Origin: Eledone cirrhosa
Taxonomy: Eukaryota
Direction: 5' to 3'
NCBI GenBank assembly: GCA_964016885.1
Contig: OZ024748.1
Location: 14,136,001 to 14,200,000 of the forward strand
DNA length: 64,000 nt
Part shown: piece after piece, positions 1 through 15,020 of the stretch
Layout of the letters: each line of letters begins with the position of its first letter
Numbering within the stretch: position 1 is the first letter of the stretch
The notes under the pieces: model-generated
Told to the model about the DNA's origin: nothing
The model's database searches: none
Seen by the model: only the letters and a program-made list of their open reading frames with translations
Made by a program: the position numbers and the translations under genes

Positions 1-1282
1 CCACTTAGCGGGCAAAGATGTGATTTATCTGTAATACAAAGGATCAGCATTGGGACTCAGTCTGTGGGGTTCATAATGAATGTCCTTGACAATTGCATTT
101 AAAGTAGATACCTCCACGCGATATTCAACCACATGGACGTCAAAATTCACGGACCGACTTTGCTGTTTGAACGAATGAATTACTCATCGCCAGAACAGAC
201 GGAGGCCTAACAACAATCATCTCCGCACATACATATATATATATATATATATATGTAGATATATATATATATAGAGAGAGAGAGAGTATACATATATATA
301 TGTGTGTGTTGTATGTGTGTATAACTGAATGTCAGGTTACGGTATTTGAATTGCAGTCACACATACATACGTATGTCAGTATGTATATATATATATATAT
401 ATATGTATGTATACTGAGATAAGTATATAATGTCGACACAGAAATTATTGATTTTATACACACATTTTTAATATAAAAAATCAATATGAATATATGTGAA
501 TTTAATATCTTTCATGTCTAGATTATTTGCTGGTATGTCTATATCTAATGTATGTATATATCTGTGTAGTTATACGTATTTTATGCGACAAATATATATG
601 AAGTGCTGAAAAGTGCTGAAAAATGGCAATTACTTAAGTTTAGCTTTGTGTAAAATTTTACAGTCATTCATCCATCTATATATACTTTTTTTTTCTCTCG
701 ATTTTGTCCGTTCCTTCCTCGTCTCACTATCTTTCTTTTTCATCTTTTATTTCTCTTTCTATCTTGTGAAAAACGTGTGTCCGAAAGCTTAAGACGTTTT
801 TTCCTACTATCACTTTTTGCTTTCTCTTGTAACTCCTAAGTGAGACGTTGGGTTGCCGTATTGACATAGGGCGTGTCAAGGCCATTTGTAAACTTGGCTC
901 AGCCCATCTCTCCAGGTTTGAATACAGAAAATCTTTGCTAGTGAAGGATAGCGAAAGTGAGAGAATGAAATTGAGAAAGAGATATAAAAGAAGAATCGAC
1001 ATTAATGTTGTTAACGGCTTCGAAATGTTTTGAACTCTCACTGTGCAAAGAGCTGAAACGAATACCGCAAAGCATTCTATCCAACGTTCTAACAACTCAC
1101 GCCGATTCTCTGCCTTCTTTTCCTTTTATATCAAGTGTTAAACTAATGTATTTCTGCATTATACTGTGTCGTTTGCTTTGTTACTTCTGTTTCCGTTTTG
1201 AAAAAAAAACAAACAAAAAAAACAGACACACAGACAGAAACACACACACACACATATACATAAACATATATATGTGCGTGTG

Positions 1283-1490
1283 AAGGTGCGTGGCTGAGTG
1301 GTTAAAGAATTGGATTCGCAATCTTGAGGATGTGAATTCGATTCCTGGGCCGGGTGATGCGCTATCTCCTTGAGCAAGACACTTTATTTCACCTTGCTCC
1401 GTCTACCTGGAGTTGCAATCGATAGATAGTACTAGCAACTGGAAAGACCAACGGAAACAATGTTTCCTCGGTCTGATTTGACGAAAGTCG
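1283..1490 (+). mobile_element. tRNA-derived SINE (family with CCTTGAGCAAGACACTTTATTTCAC body)
   Basis: A-box-like TGGCTGAGTGG and B-box-like GAATTCGATTCC; homologous copy at about 36265-36460. Confidence 0.75.
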
Positions 1491-1498
1491 ATTGACTG

Positions 1499-1533
<35 letters not shown>

Positions 1534-1899
1534 AAATGTTGAACATAGGAAAAATATAGAAGATAATGAATATTGCTTTACGATCGTTTCAGGGGGCAAA
1601 AAGATATCGGTGTGCAGAACAATCAATAGCCATTATGCAACTCTATATCATTAACCTTGAAAAAACATTCCTTCTGCCATCAATTTTCAGCACCAATCGA
1701 TTAATTACCTATTATAACTTCATATATATTTTCATTAATCAACATTATATATCTGAGTCAGTTGTTGAATCCTCAACGATATGTAACAAGATACCAAAGT
1801 TCCACAAAAACAAATTTCTTTTATCTTCACCTCAACACAAAATTGAAGTTCTAAAGTGGTAGGAAATCCTACCTTAATGAAGTAGAATATTAATAAAGG

Positions 1900-1940
<41 letters not shown>

Positions 1941-1943
<3 letters not shown>

Positions 1944-2340
1944 CGATATTAAACAAATGGAAACTATATTTATAAAACCATATTTATTTCATTATACATA
2001 TTTCAGGGATACCATATTAAAAATATGGCATGCCTTCTTCAGATAAAATACAATATATAAGCAGTTTTATAAATAAATATGACGTACCATAAAATATTGA
2101 TCAACTTCCATTTAAAAAAGTTGGTTTGGTAGTATATATTGTATTTTATCTGAAGAAGGCATGCCACATTTTTAATATGGTATCCCTGAAATATGTATAA
2201 TGAAATAAATATGGTTTTATAAATATAGTTTCCATTTGTTTAATATCGTATATCTACTCCAAAACTTGTTGAGTGCTTTATATCAGTTATAAAATATTTA
2301 CTCGTTGTAACCCAACAATTTTAAATAAAACTTTTGCATA
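1941..2340 (+). mobile_element. Family A hammerhead-bearing mini-element (Penelope-like end): inverted repeat plus tail, within (TA)n
   Basis: Arms 1941-2059 and 2133-2251 are near-perfect reverse complements, followed by a ~90 bp tail ending ACTTTTGCA; same layout at 11537-11930. Confidence 0.8.
2142..2207 (+). ncRNA. Minimal type-I hammerhead ribozyme motif (mirror copy on - strand at about 1985-2050)
   Basis: TATTTTAT-CTGAAGA-AGGCATGCCA..TGGTATCCCT-GAAA-TATGTA-TA-ATGAAATA; stems I and II pair by eye. Confidence 0.65.
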
Positions 2341-2360
2341 TATATATATATATATATATA

Positions 2361-2690
2361 TATAAGGAAAAATGATGAAATCGAAAATGAGTCTTTTTTT
2401 TTTTTAAATATATAGAAATATTTCGTTCCTTTACCGGTTTCCCAGTTCTTCTGCTTTTCAAAAGTAGAATTGAATGGAGGGTTTGTGGTTTATCTCACCA
2501 CAATCTCAATTCTACTTTTGAAGAGGAGAAGAACTGCGAAACCGGTAAAGGAACCAAATAAAATATATTTAAAAAAAAAAAAAAAAAAAAAATATTGAAT
2601 TTTCGATTTCATCCTTTTTCCTTATACTTTCATTCATGTAGGACACCTCTGTTATTTTTCATTTTGTTAAAAAAAAACCTCACTTTCTAA
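2361..2690 (+). mobile_element. Second hairpin-plus-tail mini-element with a degenerate hammerhead motif
   Basis: Inverted repeat spanning 2361-2626; consensus of the two arms is TTGAA(G/A)A-GCAG-AAGAA-CTGC-GAAA-CCGG-TA; flanked by (TA)n. Confidence 0.6.
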
Positions 2691-3039
2691 TATATATATA
2701 TATACGCACATACATATTCCAATACATATATATATATATATGTACATACATCTATATACACACACATATCTACACAGACATATGTACATACATGTATATA
2801 CACACACATATATATACACAGACTTATGTACATACATCTATACACATACACACATATATACATACAGACATATGTACATACATCTATATACATACACACA
2901 CACATTTTATATATATATGGATTTGGGGGCCTCTGTTGTATATATATATGCACTTGTGCGTACATATATATATATATATATATACACACCTGTGTAGATG
3001 TGTGTGTGTCTGAGGGAGTAGGTGTGAGCGTATGTACAA

Positions 3040-4013
3040 GTCAACCAACATAAGTCCTTTTATTTCTAAATTTTCTAAACTATCTAAGTATTTGTCTCTA
3101 ACCAATATTTTAAGTATTGCCACCCCACATTAGTTCCTCAATTTGTATGTGTGGATGAATTAATTTTTCGTATTAGTTTTTCATATATATTGTACGAGCA
3201 TTTATGTAGATTGGATTAGAATTTATGTATTGTAGCAGTATTTATATATATTGTATTAGTTTTTTATATTTATTGTATGAGTATTTATGTAGTTTGTATT
3301 AGAATTTATGTATTTTAGCAGTACTTATATATATCGTATTAGTATTCATGTTTCGGGATTCTGAATTAATATTCCGTATTAGTTTCGGGATTTTGAATTA
3401 TTATTTCGTATTAGTTTTTTTTAGTATTTTGGCGCCCTACTTGTTGACCTGTCATTGTAAGATAGATTTGGCCGATTACTACTAACTCATAAAATTATTT
3501 CACTACAATCTCGTATTTAGTATTCTGTCCCACCTAATAAACTTTTCTATAGCGTAACAGTACCATTGAGAGATTTGATGATAGTGAAAGGGTAATAGTA
3601 ACCAGATATTAGTTTTTCTTTTATATTTTTTATATTTTTCTATATATTTACTCCATATAGATTTACTTATTGTTTCGACTTCCCCCCCCCCTCCTCTTCT
3701 CTAGTATACTTTTTACGACCTTCAATCCTTAGAATCTGCTGTAGTTGTCACTTTCAACGCTCGATTGGGTTTCCTCCACTCCCTCTCCCTTCTACTGGCA
3801 AGTTCAGCTACCCCTACCTTCCACAAAATGCCATGATAGAGTCATGTGTCTCAACAACAAACCTTTGACCAATCCTTGTGACAATCACTTTTACCATATA
3901 TGGAATTACCCCCTGAGAAGTTCGGCTATTCATTTACCAGGATAAAAATTTCATTTAGTCCAGAATTAGCCGTCGAAACGGCTTGAGCTCAGCCGTCGGG
4001 ATGCTACTTGTTC

Positions 4014-4016
<3 letters not shown>
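3040..4016 (+). mobile_element. Family B element (~1 kb, non-coding) ending in a hammerhead-like motif
   Basis: 3' end GTCGAAACGGCTTGAGCTCAGCCGTCGGG..TTCCTA is shared with 10032, 46462, 48787 and 60432; internal short tandem duplications at 3170-3420; 5' boundary uncertain. Confidence 0.55.
3908..4001 (+). ncRNA. Type-I hammerhead-like motif with full stem III and GUC site; core has G8>A
   Basis: ACCCC-CTGAGAA-GTTCGGCTA..TAGCCGTC-GAAA-CGGCT(TGAGCTC)AGCCG-TC-GGGA. Confidence 0.55.
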
Positions 4017-4048
<32 letters not shown>

Positions 4049-5787
4049 TATTATGGAATATATATACTTATATATTATGGAATACTGTTGGCTTCTTGCT
4101 ACAATAATTTCTATACTTTCATTTATATATATATATATATATATATACATACACACGCACACACACATATATATATATATGTGTATATATATATATAAAT
4201 ATATATACGTATATATATATGTATATATTAAACGTATTGGTATTTTAAGTGAAGCTAACATCATATTCGTCGTTTTATGTCTTTAGATTGATAGAATCTC
4301 TCTCTCCCTCTCTCTATCTCTCTCTCTCTCCTTATTGAACTCTGTGACTGATAAAACCACAAGGCAATGAGATAACCGATCGTTCGCTCCCGCACCGCCA
4401 TGAATATTGCAAAAAAATATCACTATGTATGTATGCGTGTGTCTGAATATTTTTGTGTATGAGCGAGTGGTTGTGTGTATGTGTGTATATAGGTGAGTGG
4501 TGTATATGTGTGTGTAGATAATTGGTGTGTATGTGTGCGTAGATGAGTGTTATGAATGTGTAGGTAAGTGATGTATATATATATGTGTGTGTGTGTAGAT
4601 GAGTGGTATGTGTGTGTAGATAAGTGGTGTAGATATGTGTGTAAATTAGTGGTGTGTATGTGTATATGCATGTAGATAAGTGGTGATTATATGTGTGTAT
4701 GAGTGTTTTTCTGTGTGTCTGTTATTGCTAGTAAGTGGGAGATTGTCTATATGTTTGTGTATATGTGGGTCTATGTGTGTGCAGATGATTGCCCATGTAT
4801 CTGATACTGCATATGTATCTGCGTATATGCATCTACGTATATGCATCTGCATATATCTATCTGCATATATGTATCTGCATATATATATATATATATTTAC
4901 GTATATGTATCTACGTATATGTATCATATGTGGTGTTATGTGATGCACATGTCATGTTAGAATTAATTATGTAACTGCGATTTGTTAACGCAGTTAAAAC
5001 CCCCTAAAAAAAACAGATCCGCATTTAGTTTAAAACTTTTATCTCTCTTGGTTTCGTAGCAATTTTTATTTTTATTTCTGAATTTTGGTATCGATTTTGT
5101 TTTATTTTATTTTATTTTATTTTATTCCATTTTATTTCCTCATATTTATTTGTTTTCACGTCTTCTCTTTGTACCCACTTTGTAAACTTCATTACATGGG
5201 TTGTAGAAGAGGTCTAATAATAATAATAATAATAATAATAATGACATTAATAATAATACTAACTACAGAAATGAAAACAACAAATAATAATATAACAATA
5301 AGACCCACAAAAATAATTTCCGAAAAAAAAAAAATAATAATAAAGGATTGCAAGACCTTAAGGAGATCTTAAATGCCAAAAATTAAAATACTAAAAATTA
5401 GATAAAATACTTTTGCCAATTTTCCGCTGGAGTCATGTCAAATTGTTGGTGATTAATATCGCAAATTCCTAACTGCGATGTCAATGGTGAAATCTTATAG
5501 AATGATTTATTGATTTGGTATGAAAAATCCTTAAGAATATTTAATTAATTTTCTAAATTAAATCGCTTGATTCAACTACACAATTTACCATTTAATACAA
5601 CCGAACAATTACTCCCATAGCAAGGGGCTTCATTGAGTTAGGAATTGAAGGGTAGAGTAGAGCACTTTGGCTTTATTTGTTGTGGTTTTAGATATGTGTT
5701 TGATGCTGTTATTATTATCTTCCAAGTGACATACCTGATTAACATTGATACATGTTACCTTAAATTATGGAATACTATATATTTATT

Positions 5788-5965
5788 GGCGCAGACATGT
5801 GTGTGTTCGAGTAGTTAAAGCGGTCGCTTCAAAGTACTGGGTTCCGAGTTCAATCCTTCTAAGCAAAATCATTAGCAAATGTCTTCTACTATAAACCCCT
5901 GCGTGATAAATACCTTGTAAATGGAATTTAATAAACGGAAACTCTCTGAAAGCTCGTAAACTCTA
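5788..5965 (+). mobile_element. Diverged tRNA-derived SINE (TGTCTTCTACTATA..CCTTGT..GGAAACT family)
   Basis: B-box-like GAGTTCAATCC; body resembles 39370-39500; (ACAT)n follows. Confidence 0.55.
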
Positions 5966-6139
5966 TACATACATACATACATACATACATACATACATAC
6001 ATACGTTAGTAACTGCCTCAATACAAATCTTGAGAAGATGGGCTTCACAGACAGAGCACAACTAGTTAGGAAATTGCAACTACAACACATTAATGGAACA
6101 GTAAAAATATGTAAAATATTCCAAAAATTTTAAATCTAA

Positions 6140-6382
6140 TAACTGCATATACACATATACAGATACAAAACGTATGCACATGCACACATACAATTCAAAA
6201 CATACACATCCACACATACAATAACATCGATACCTGCACACACATGTATGCATGCAGATGTGCAGACATATCTACCTAGTTGAACTTTTGTAAATTCCAA
6301 TGCGAGAGACTTGTAACTATGTTAGAAACCGACTTTCTCTCTATTGTCAAAAATTTGTGAAATTATAAAACCAGAAGAACAC
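6140..6382 (+). repeat. Dispersed ~230 bp repeat, second copy at about 28385-28612
   Basis: Shared GACATATCTACCTAG..AAATTCCAATG.GAGAG.CTTGT..CTATGTTAGAAACCGACT..AAATTATAAAACCA.AAGAAC. Confidence 0.75.
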
Positions 6383-6939
6383 ACCCACATACACACAGAG
6401 GAGGACGTTCAGATTTCGTCTCACTTCATATATGTATATATACATCTGTGTGTTTGTCTGTATACGTATGCATGTACTTTTGCATGTATGTGTGTATGCG
6501 TGTCTGTTTGCCTATCTGTCTATTTATATTCCATAAGTTAACGAACTCACGACTTTTCAATCAAAAATCCAAAACCATACCTACTAAACCACGCCCATTC
6601 ACATAACATATGTGGTAGAGGTGACGTATTAATGGCTGGCATTCAAAATGGTGTCCCGGTCATAGTTTAAACACGTTAGATAAATGATCTAGGACAAGAA
6701 ATTATAAGAATTTTAATCATTAATGTAATTAATTGTTTCTACTTTAGGCCCAAGGCCAGCAATTATCCAGTGCATTACTAATGTAATTAAACTTGCCTAT
6801 CTTTTCACTAATTGGCAATCCTCTTACAGTGGATTCTATCAAGATGAAATAATTAATAAATAGCATTTAGAAATTGTTTTTAATAACAATATATGTTTAA
6901 TTATTATACTGACACATAAATTAAGGAAAATGCATATAA

Positions 6940-7110
6940 GGGGCTTCTACTTCTGGTGTCCTTGGCTATAGGGCTACCTTCCTCCTCACCACTATAGGCG
7001 CTGAGCTGGCCAACCGCAGGTGTAAGCCTCGCGTGTTGGAACGTCTCTTCCAGCGCATCTCGCTTACCATCTTCCGGGAAAACGCCTTCTCCATTCTGTC
7101 CGCCACTTCT
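6940..7110 (+). mobile_element. C-terminal fragment of a CRE-clade (restriction-like endonuclease) non-LTR retrotransposon
   Basis: Frame from 6940 reads TSGVLGYRATFLLTTIGAELANRRCKPRVLERLFQRISLTIFRENAFSILSA, matching the CRE-type end (ET.G.WG..A..FL..IG..L....EPR....LFQRLS.AI.RGNA.SI). Confidence 0.7.
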
Positions 7111-7367
7111 GTGGGGAGCCCAACACGTGGGACCACATTTGCTCACCACACAGAGAGATGGAGAGGGCGAGAGAGATGGATGCAATGACAGTGGGAGTTT
7201 TGCTCATCCACGTTCGGACCATATCCTTGTGGTTGTGTTCATACACAAAATATGATAGCACTGAACTTTTATGGCATAATTTATATAACAATTCATTCAA
7301 TGTGTGTAACTGCTATGTGCTTAAACACACGTTAGTTATTTAAAGGTATGAACACCATTAACATATC

Positions 7368-7558
7368 CAAGGGTCGGCTGATAAGTTCATAAGCTGATTA
7401 AGATGCTCTCATGGAACGACCACAGAAGTTTTGTTTTTCAACTTGGAAAGAAACAATGCAGTTATTAATATGATGATTTGAAATTAATTCATGAAAAACT
7501 TCACAGCGTAAGCATCAAACCATTATATTCAACCTATGAACTTTTCAGCCGACCCTTG
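7368..7558. mobile_element. Tc1/mariner-type MITE
   Basis: TIRs CAAGGGTCGGCTGATAAGTTCATA / TATGAACTTTTCAGCCGACCCTTG followed by TA; related left end at 28878-28953. Confidence 0.8.
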
Positions 7559-8115
7559 TACTTAGAAACACACACACACACACAGACACACACAGACACA
7601 CACACATGCACCCACACACACATATTATAACACATATAGAAGAGCGTGTACCTGCCTCGTGTATGTGAATGCACGTCAGTAACAGACAATGCCAAAACAT
7701 GACTTTTATTCGATTTAGAATCCATATTAAAAACATGTACAATTTCGAAATATGGAAAAATAGCATCAAGTACGCTTGATATTTCATAACAAGTCAGTAA
7801 TAGAAAATGAAAAATATGAGTTTTATTAAATTCGGAATCCACGTTTGACAGATTCTAGATAAACCGTTCAGTGTAGGCACCAAATCTGATGTCTCAAGAG
7901 AATGTAGGTTTTCTAGAAGTTTACAGTAATTACGATGTAGTAAGAGGACATACTAATAGATTCTATACCAGGCGGCATATATTTTAATCATACTTTATAA
8001 TAATTAGGAAAGTTGATCGTCTGATGTGATACCCCTCGAGGCTGCTATGCTACCCAGAAAGGAAACAGCCTTCAAAATACATTAATTCTATTCGTTTAAC
8101 AGTAATACTTCAGAG

Positions 8116-9787
<1,672 letters not shown>

Positions 9788-9998
9788 TGGTATGCATGTG
9801 TCTAAGTATGTATGTATGTACACATGTATCTATCTATCTATGCATGTATGTATGTATGTATAGCATATCGAATTATATAGGGTGAATTGGTAAGTAGGTC
9901 GACGGATGAGCAGGCAGAAAGGTAGGAAGGGCGGTAAGTAGTTAGATGGATAAATATGTAGACAGATAGATATAACTAAATAAATAGATAAAAATAAA

Positions 9999-10031
<33 letters not shown>

Positions 10032-10036
<5 letters not shown>

Positions 10037-10100
10037 AAAAGAGTCAGGACCCCGACGGCTGAGCTCCGGCCGTTTCGACAGCTAGATCTGAACTAACCCA
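10032..10100 (-). mobile_element. Family B fragment (hammerhead 3' half)
   Basis: Reverse complement GTCGAAACGGCCGGAGCTCAGCCGTCGGGGTCCTGACTCTTTTCCTA, abutting (TA)n. Confidence 0.7.
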
Positions 10101-10469
10101 GTGTATGTATGTATATACATACATACATACATACATACATACATACATACAGAGAGAGAGAGAGAAAAAGAGAGAGAATAGATAAGTAAACAACCAGAAA
10201 CCAAGAAAATCAAATAGATAGATAGATAAAAGATTGTTACTATTATTTTCATAGTTATATAGATACAGAGGTAAGTAGCTATGGATCGCAGTTGTTTTAC
10301 CGCTGTCTGTCTTGTCAACACTGTTACAGATAAAGAAGGTGAGAAAGAAAGAGAGGGACAGAGGAGCACCGAGGGAGATATGTAGGGAGGAAGATATCAA
10401 ATTAACATTTCGCAAACCAAGCTAATAGAAAGTATTTGCTACGGACAATTCATTTATATATATATGTGT

Positions 10470-10509
<40 letters not shown>

Positions 10510-10512
10510 GGA

Positions 10513-10683
10513 GGTGGATTGTTGGTATCGGACGCCATACTTTGCAACTTAGAGTTATGGCCATTTACAGTCTACGGTCAAATTCTGTCGAGGTTAACTT
10601 TACCAACCATCCTTATGGGTCGATAAAATAAAGTAGCAGGAATGCACTGGGCTAATTGATGGCTTTGTGCAAAAACTAGAAAC

Positions 10684-10688
<5 letters not shown>
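10513..10688 (+). mobile_element. Major tRNA-derived SINE, diverged copy
   Basis: GAGGTTAACTT..CATCCTTATGGGTCGATAAAATAAAGTA..GAAACAATTA. Confidence 0.75.
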
Positions 10689-10721
<33 letters not shown>

Positions 10722-10724
<3 letters not shown>

Positions 10725-11385
10725 TGAGAATGAACGTGCTGCGTGGTGGCTAATGGGTTACATATGTATAAAGTTAGTCCTAGCACGTTTATTCTCATAT
10801 TTACACATATTTTTTTCCCCGTTGTGACCCGTCTATTTCGTTCTTACTGCTTCCTCTTTCTCTGTATCTTTACCCTCTCTAGCAGTCACTCTCTCTGTTA
10901 GCCTCTTCCTCACCCTTCATTCACTCATTCTCTGTTACTACCTCTCCTCCTTCTTCCCGTTTGACCTGTGCGTAATTCTTTTCTTTCGCACCCTTGGTCT
11001 GGCAGGTCACTTTTTTTCTATCTCTCGTCTACGATTTCACAGAACTTACGTTCACCGAATTCACAGGCTAGATCCCTTCTTCCTCCCGTTAGACCTGCGC
11101 GGAATTCCTTCCTTGCTCACATTCCAACCAGGTATGATGGTCTTTATTCTCTCTCGTCACGATTTCACCGAATTTATATTCATAGAAATTTGGGACTTGA
11201 CATCTTCTTCCTCACTTTTCGTTGCTTCACCATCTTTGTTTGTTTACACTCGTGTCCCCTTTATTTACGTGTCCCAACGACTTTTTTTAGCCGTTGCTCG
11301 CACCAACCGGAGGTATATGGTCTTTAAAGCGATGAAATAACAATGATGGTTGGAAGATCACTGATGAAGGACTAACTTTATTTAT
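10722..11385 (+). mobile_element. Family E element between (TA)n tracts, with a short inverted copy of its 3' end
   Basis: 3' end CTGATGAAGGACTAACTTTA is reverse-complementary to TAAAGTTAGTCCT at about 10769-10781; related fragment at 13828-13880. Confidence 0.45.
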
Positions 11386-11536
11386 AAATATATATATATA
11401 TATATATATAATAAATGGAAAGGCTAAATTCCGAAGCGGGCTCGATAAGGATTATATATACATATATAAATTTGTAGAGCAAGTATTTATACGAACAGAT
11501 TAAAGTTTAAGCACGTACACACTTATATATATATAT

Positions 11537-11930
11537 ATACGATATTAACAAATGAAAACTATATTTATAAAACCATATTTATTTCATTATACATATTTCA
11601 AGGACACCAAGTTAAATTATGGTGTGCTTTCAGCAGACAAAATATAATATAGATCAGTTTTATAAATAAATATTGACATGGTTGCATTTTTTAAGGGTAT
11701 GTCAATATTTATTTATAAAACTGATCTATATTATATTTTGTCTGCTGAAAGCACACCATAATTTAACTTGGTGTCCTTGAAATATGTATAATGAAATAAA
11801 TATGGTTTTATAAATATAGTTTCCATTTGTTAATATCGTATGTTTACTCCAAATACTTGTTGAGTGCTTTATTTCAGTTATAAAAATATTTGCTTGTTGT
11901 AACCCAACAATTTAAATAGAACTTTTGCAT
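11537..11930 (+). mobile_element. Family A mini-element, copy 2 (inverted repeat plus tail)
   Basis: Arms 11537-11679 and 11699-11841; hammerhead-like CTGCTGA-AAGCACACCA..TGGTGTCCTT-GAAA-TATGTA-TA at 11734-11798. Confidence 0.8.
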
Positions 11931-12088
11931 ATATATATATGTATATATATATACATACATATACATATATATATAAACATATATATATATATCAAGTCTG
12001 TGTGTTTGATACAATAAAAGTCATATTTTATATTTTATATTACTGACATGTTATGAAATATCAAGCATACTTAATGTTATTTTTCCAT

Positions 12089-12128
12089 ATTCAAGTAAAT
12101 ATCAAACGTGTTTGATATTTACTTGAAT
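12089..12128. repeat. 40 bp palindrome
   Basis: ATTCAAGTAAATATCAAAC-GT-GTTTGATATTTACTTGAAT. Confidence 0.85.
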
Positions 12129-12938
12129 GTTCATCGTTGAAAGGGGCTTAAGATCCAATTTTTTATGTGTGGGTTATTGTGTGTGCGAGGGCCATAGCTC
12201 TATATATTTAAGTATGAGTGAGTTAATATAGATACACTTTTTTTTTCTTCTATATCGACGTAGACATCTTATATATATATATACACATAAATAAGATATG
12301 TTTACTGAAATAATATCAGTTATGGCGTCGATATATACAACGGAAATGACGGAACGAGTGTATAGTTGGGATTTAACAACCGACAAAGTAAATATACACA
12401 TCCAGCTAGATTACAGCTACAAAACTATACAAATATACACAAAAAAAATATAAAGAACTACTAATATTTAAAAAAAATAATAAAGATTATAGGAGTAAAA
12501 AGAAGACTTTATAAATTCTTATCATTATCACTATGTAATATAAATAATATTTTCAGTAATTTCTACATTTTTTTTTAAATTTATTTATTATTATTCTCGC
12601 CATCATGGTGTTTAACAATATACCTATCTGTCTATCTATATATATATATATGAATGTGTAAGTATATATATATATATATGAATGTGTAAGTATATATATA
12701 TGTGAGAATGTGTATATATATATATATATATATGAATGTGTAAGTATATATATATGTGAGAATGTGTATATATATATATATATGAATGTGTATGTATATA
12801 TATATATATCTATATATATATATATGTGAATGTGTATATATATATATATGAATGTGTATGTATATATATATCTATATAAATATATGAACGTGTTTGTATA
12901 TCTATATCTATATATATATGAATGTGTTTGTATATATA

Positions 12939-12976
<38 letters not shown>

Positions 12977-13104
12977 TGTGTTTGTATATCTATATCTATA
13001 TATATATTAATGTGTTTGTATATAGATATCTATAAATATATATGAATGTGTTTATATATGTATATATACATCTATATATATATAGAGAGAGATAATTGTG
13101 TGTG

Positions 13105-13161
<57 letters not shown>

Positions 13162-13234
13162 CATGTAGTACACACACAAACACACTCACATATATATTCA
13201 TATATATATATATATATAGTAATAATAATAGTAA

Positions 13235-13325
13235 TAATAATAAATTGAAGACTAAAATCCAAAGAGGGCTCGATAAGGATAAATATATATCAAATATATA
13301 AGAACCGTAGGGCAAATATTTATTA
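13235..13325 (-). mobile_element. Family D mini-element fragment (also at 11413-11513, 42337-42510 and 48550-48640)
   Basis: Shared GAAGACTAAAATCCAAAGAGGGCTCGATAAGGAT and AACAGATTAAAGTTTAAGCA motifs, always beside (TA)n. Confidence 0.65.
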
Positions 13326-14033
13326 TATATATATATATACATATACATATACATATATATATATATATATACATATATATATTCATATATATATATGAAT
13401 ATAAACGAAATCGCTATTGAGTCATTCATTATTAACAGTTATAACAAGTTTCTGTTTACTAGTAACAGTATTTTATTTCATATATTTTCTTTACTTCAGT
13501 TTATTTTTGTTTTCATTTCCTCAGAGTTTGTATTTCTCTCTCTCTCTCTCCTTCTAGCTTCTTTTAGTGATGGTTATTAAACGCTCCGCCTCTCCAAAGT
13601 GCCAACAGGTCTTTGATATTCTACATATTACTTAGTAGAACACTTAAACTGTACATGTCTACCTTGATTAACTCGGTCATTTAGTACAAGTGTGAAATTT
13701 GAACTCACTAATCTAAATGCTAAATGGGTGTGCGTGTGGTTGTTTTTTCCTTGGTTGTTACATATAAAAACTCACAGACACACACGTATATAGATACATA
13801 TGTATATATATATATATATATATATATTGACGAAGGACAATTTTTATCATATGTAACCCATGTGCAACCACGCAGTATTCTTCTTTCTTCTCATGTTTTT
13901 TATATATATATACATGCATATCTAAACATATATATATATACACACACATGCATATATATATATACATGCATATCTAAACATATATATATATACACACACA
14001 TGCATATATATATATACATATATATATACATGC

Positions 14034-14076
<43 letters not shown>

Positions 14077-14456
14077 TATATACACACACACACACATATA
14101 TATGCATATATAATTGTATATATATATATATATATAAATCATTCCCGGTCGGTACAAAAATATATATATTTAAATGTATGCACACACACATACACACACA
14201 TGTGTGTGGGTGAATATATAGATAAATACAAAACGATATGAAAATTGATTAAATAGGAGAGATAGATGCATTACAACATATACATTATTGAATGTTTGTG
14301 TCACCCAGGCCACACCTCAATGTAAATACACTAAATTGCCTTCAGCCCAATATTAGCTCATATTCCAGGTATTAGCCTAATTCTTGTGAAAGTGGAGTCT
14401 AAATTAGTACTGGTGCCTTACAAGTGCACTAGTTATGTAAGTGATGCTAATAAGGC

Positions 14457-14499
<43 letters not shown>

Positions 14500-14595
14500 C
14501 GAAATTTAATATAAAAATGGCATCTACAAGAACAGAACCGTTTCATTCGTTTGAAATCGTCTAAAATGGGCCGATGACTTCTATATTAAAGTTCG

Positions 14596-14653
<58 letters not shown>

Positions 14654-14659
14654 CTTGAC

Positions 14660-15020
14660 TGTAAATTGGACGACAAGGCCACTTCAGACGGTCTCTACAT
14701 TCCAGAACCACTTCATGAGACTTATGACTGCTCAACATCACCAAATTTAGACCAATTACATCAATTGTCAAGTCAAGAGTACTGAAACTATACAGTCATA
14801 TAAAAAGAGCAAATCGTGGTGCGAGTAGATTATGCCTGGAAGGAAGGTTGGCTGGTAGGAGAAGCAGAGGCAGATAGCCAAAACGAGGGCTTGATAATGT
14901 CAATTTATGGACTGGACTTGATCTTTGCTCTCTAAACTCTACTGTATGTGATCGAACTTTGTGGATAATATCTCATTTTGATGCACAGTCTGCGACTAGC
15001 GTAGTTTGGGTCACAAGATC
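14660..15020 (+). mobile_element. 3' end of an RTE-clade LINE (decayed)
   Basis: From 14761: SIVKSRVLKLYSHIKRANRGASRLCLEGRLAGRRSRGR*PKRGLDNVNLWTG, matching the RTE C-terminal pattern GH..R...LEG...G.R.RGR...RW.DN...WTG. Confidence 0.8.
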
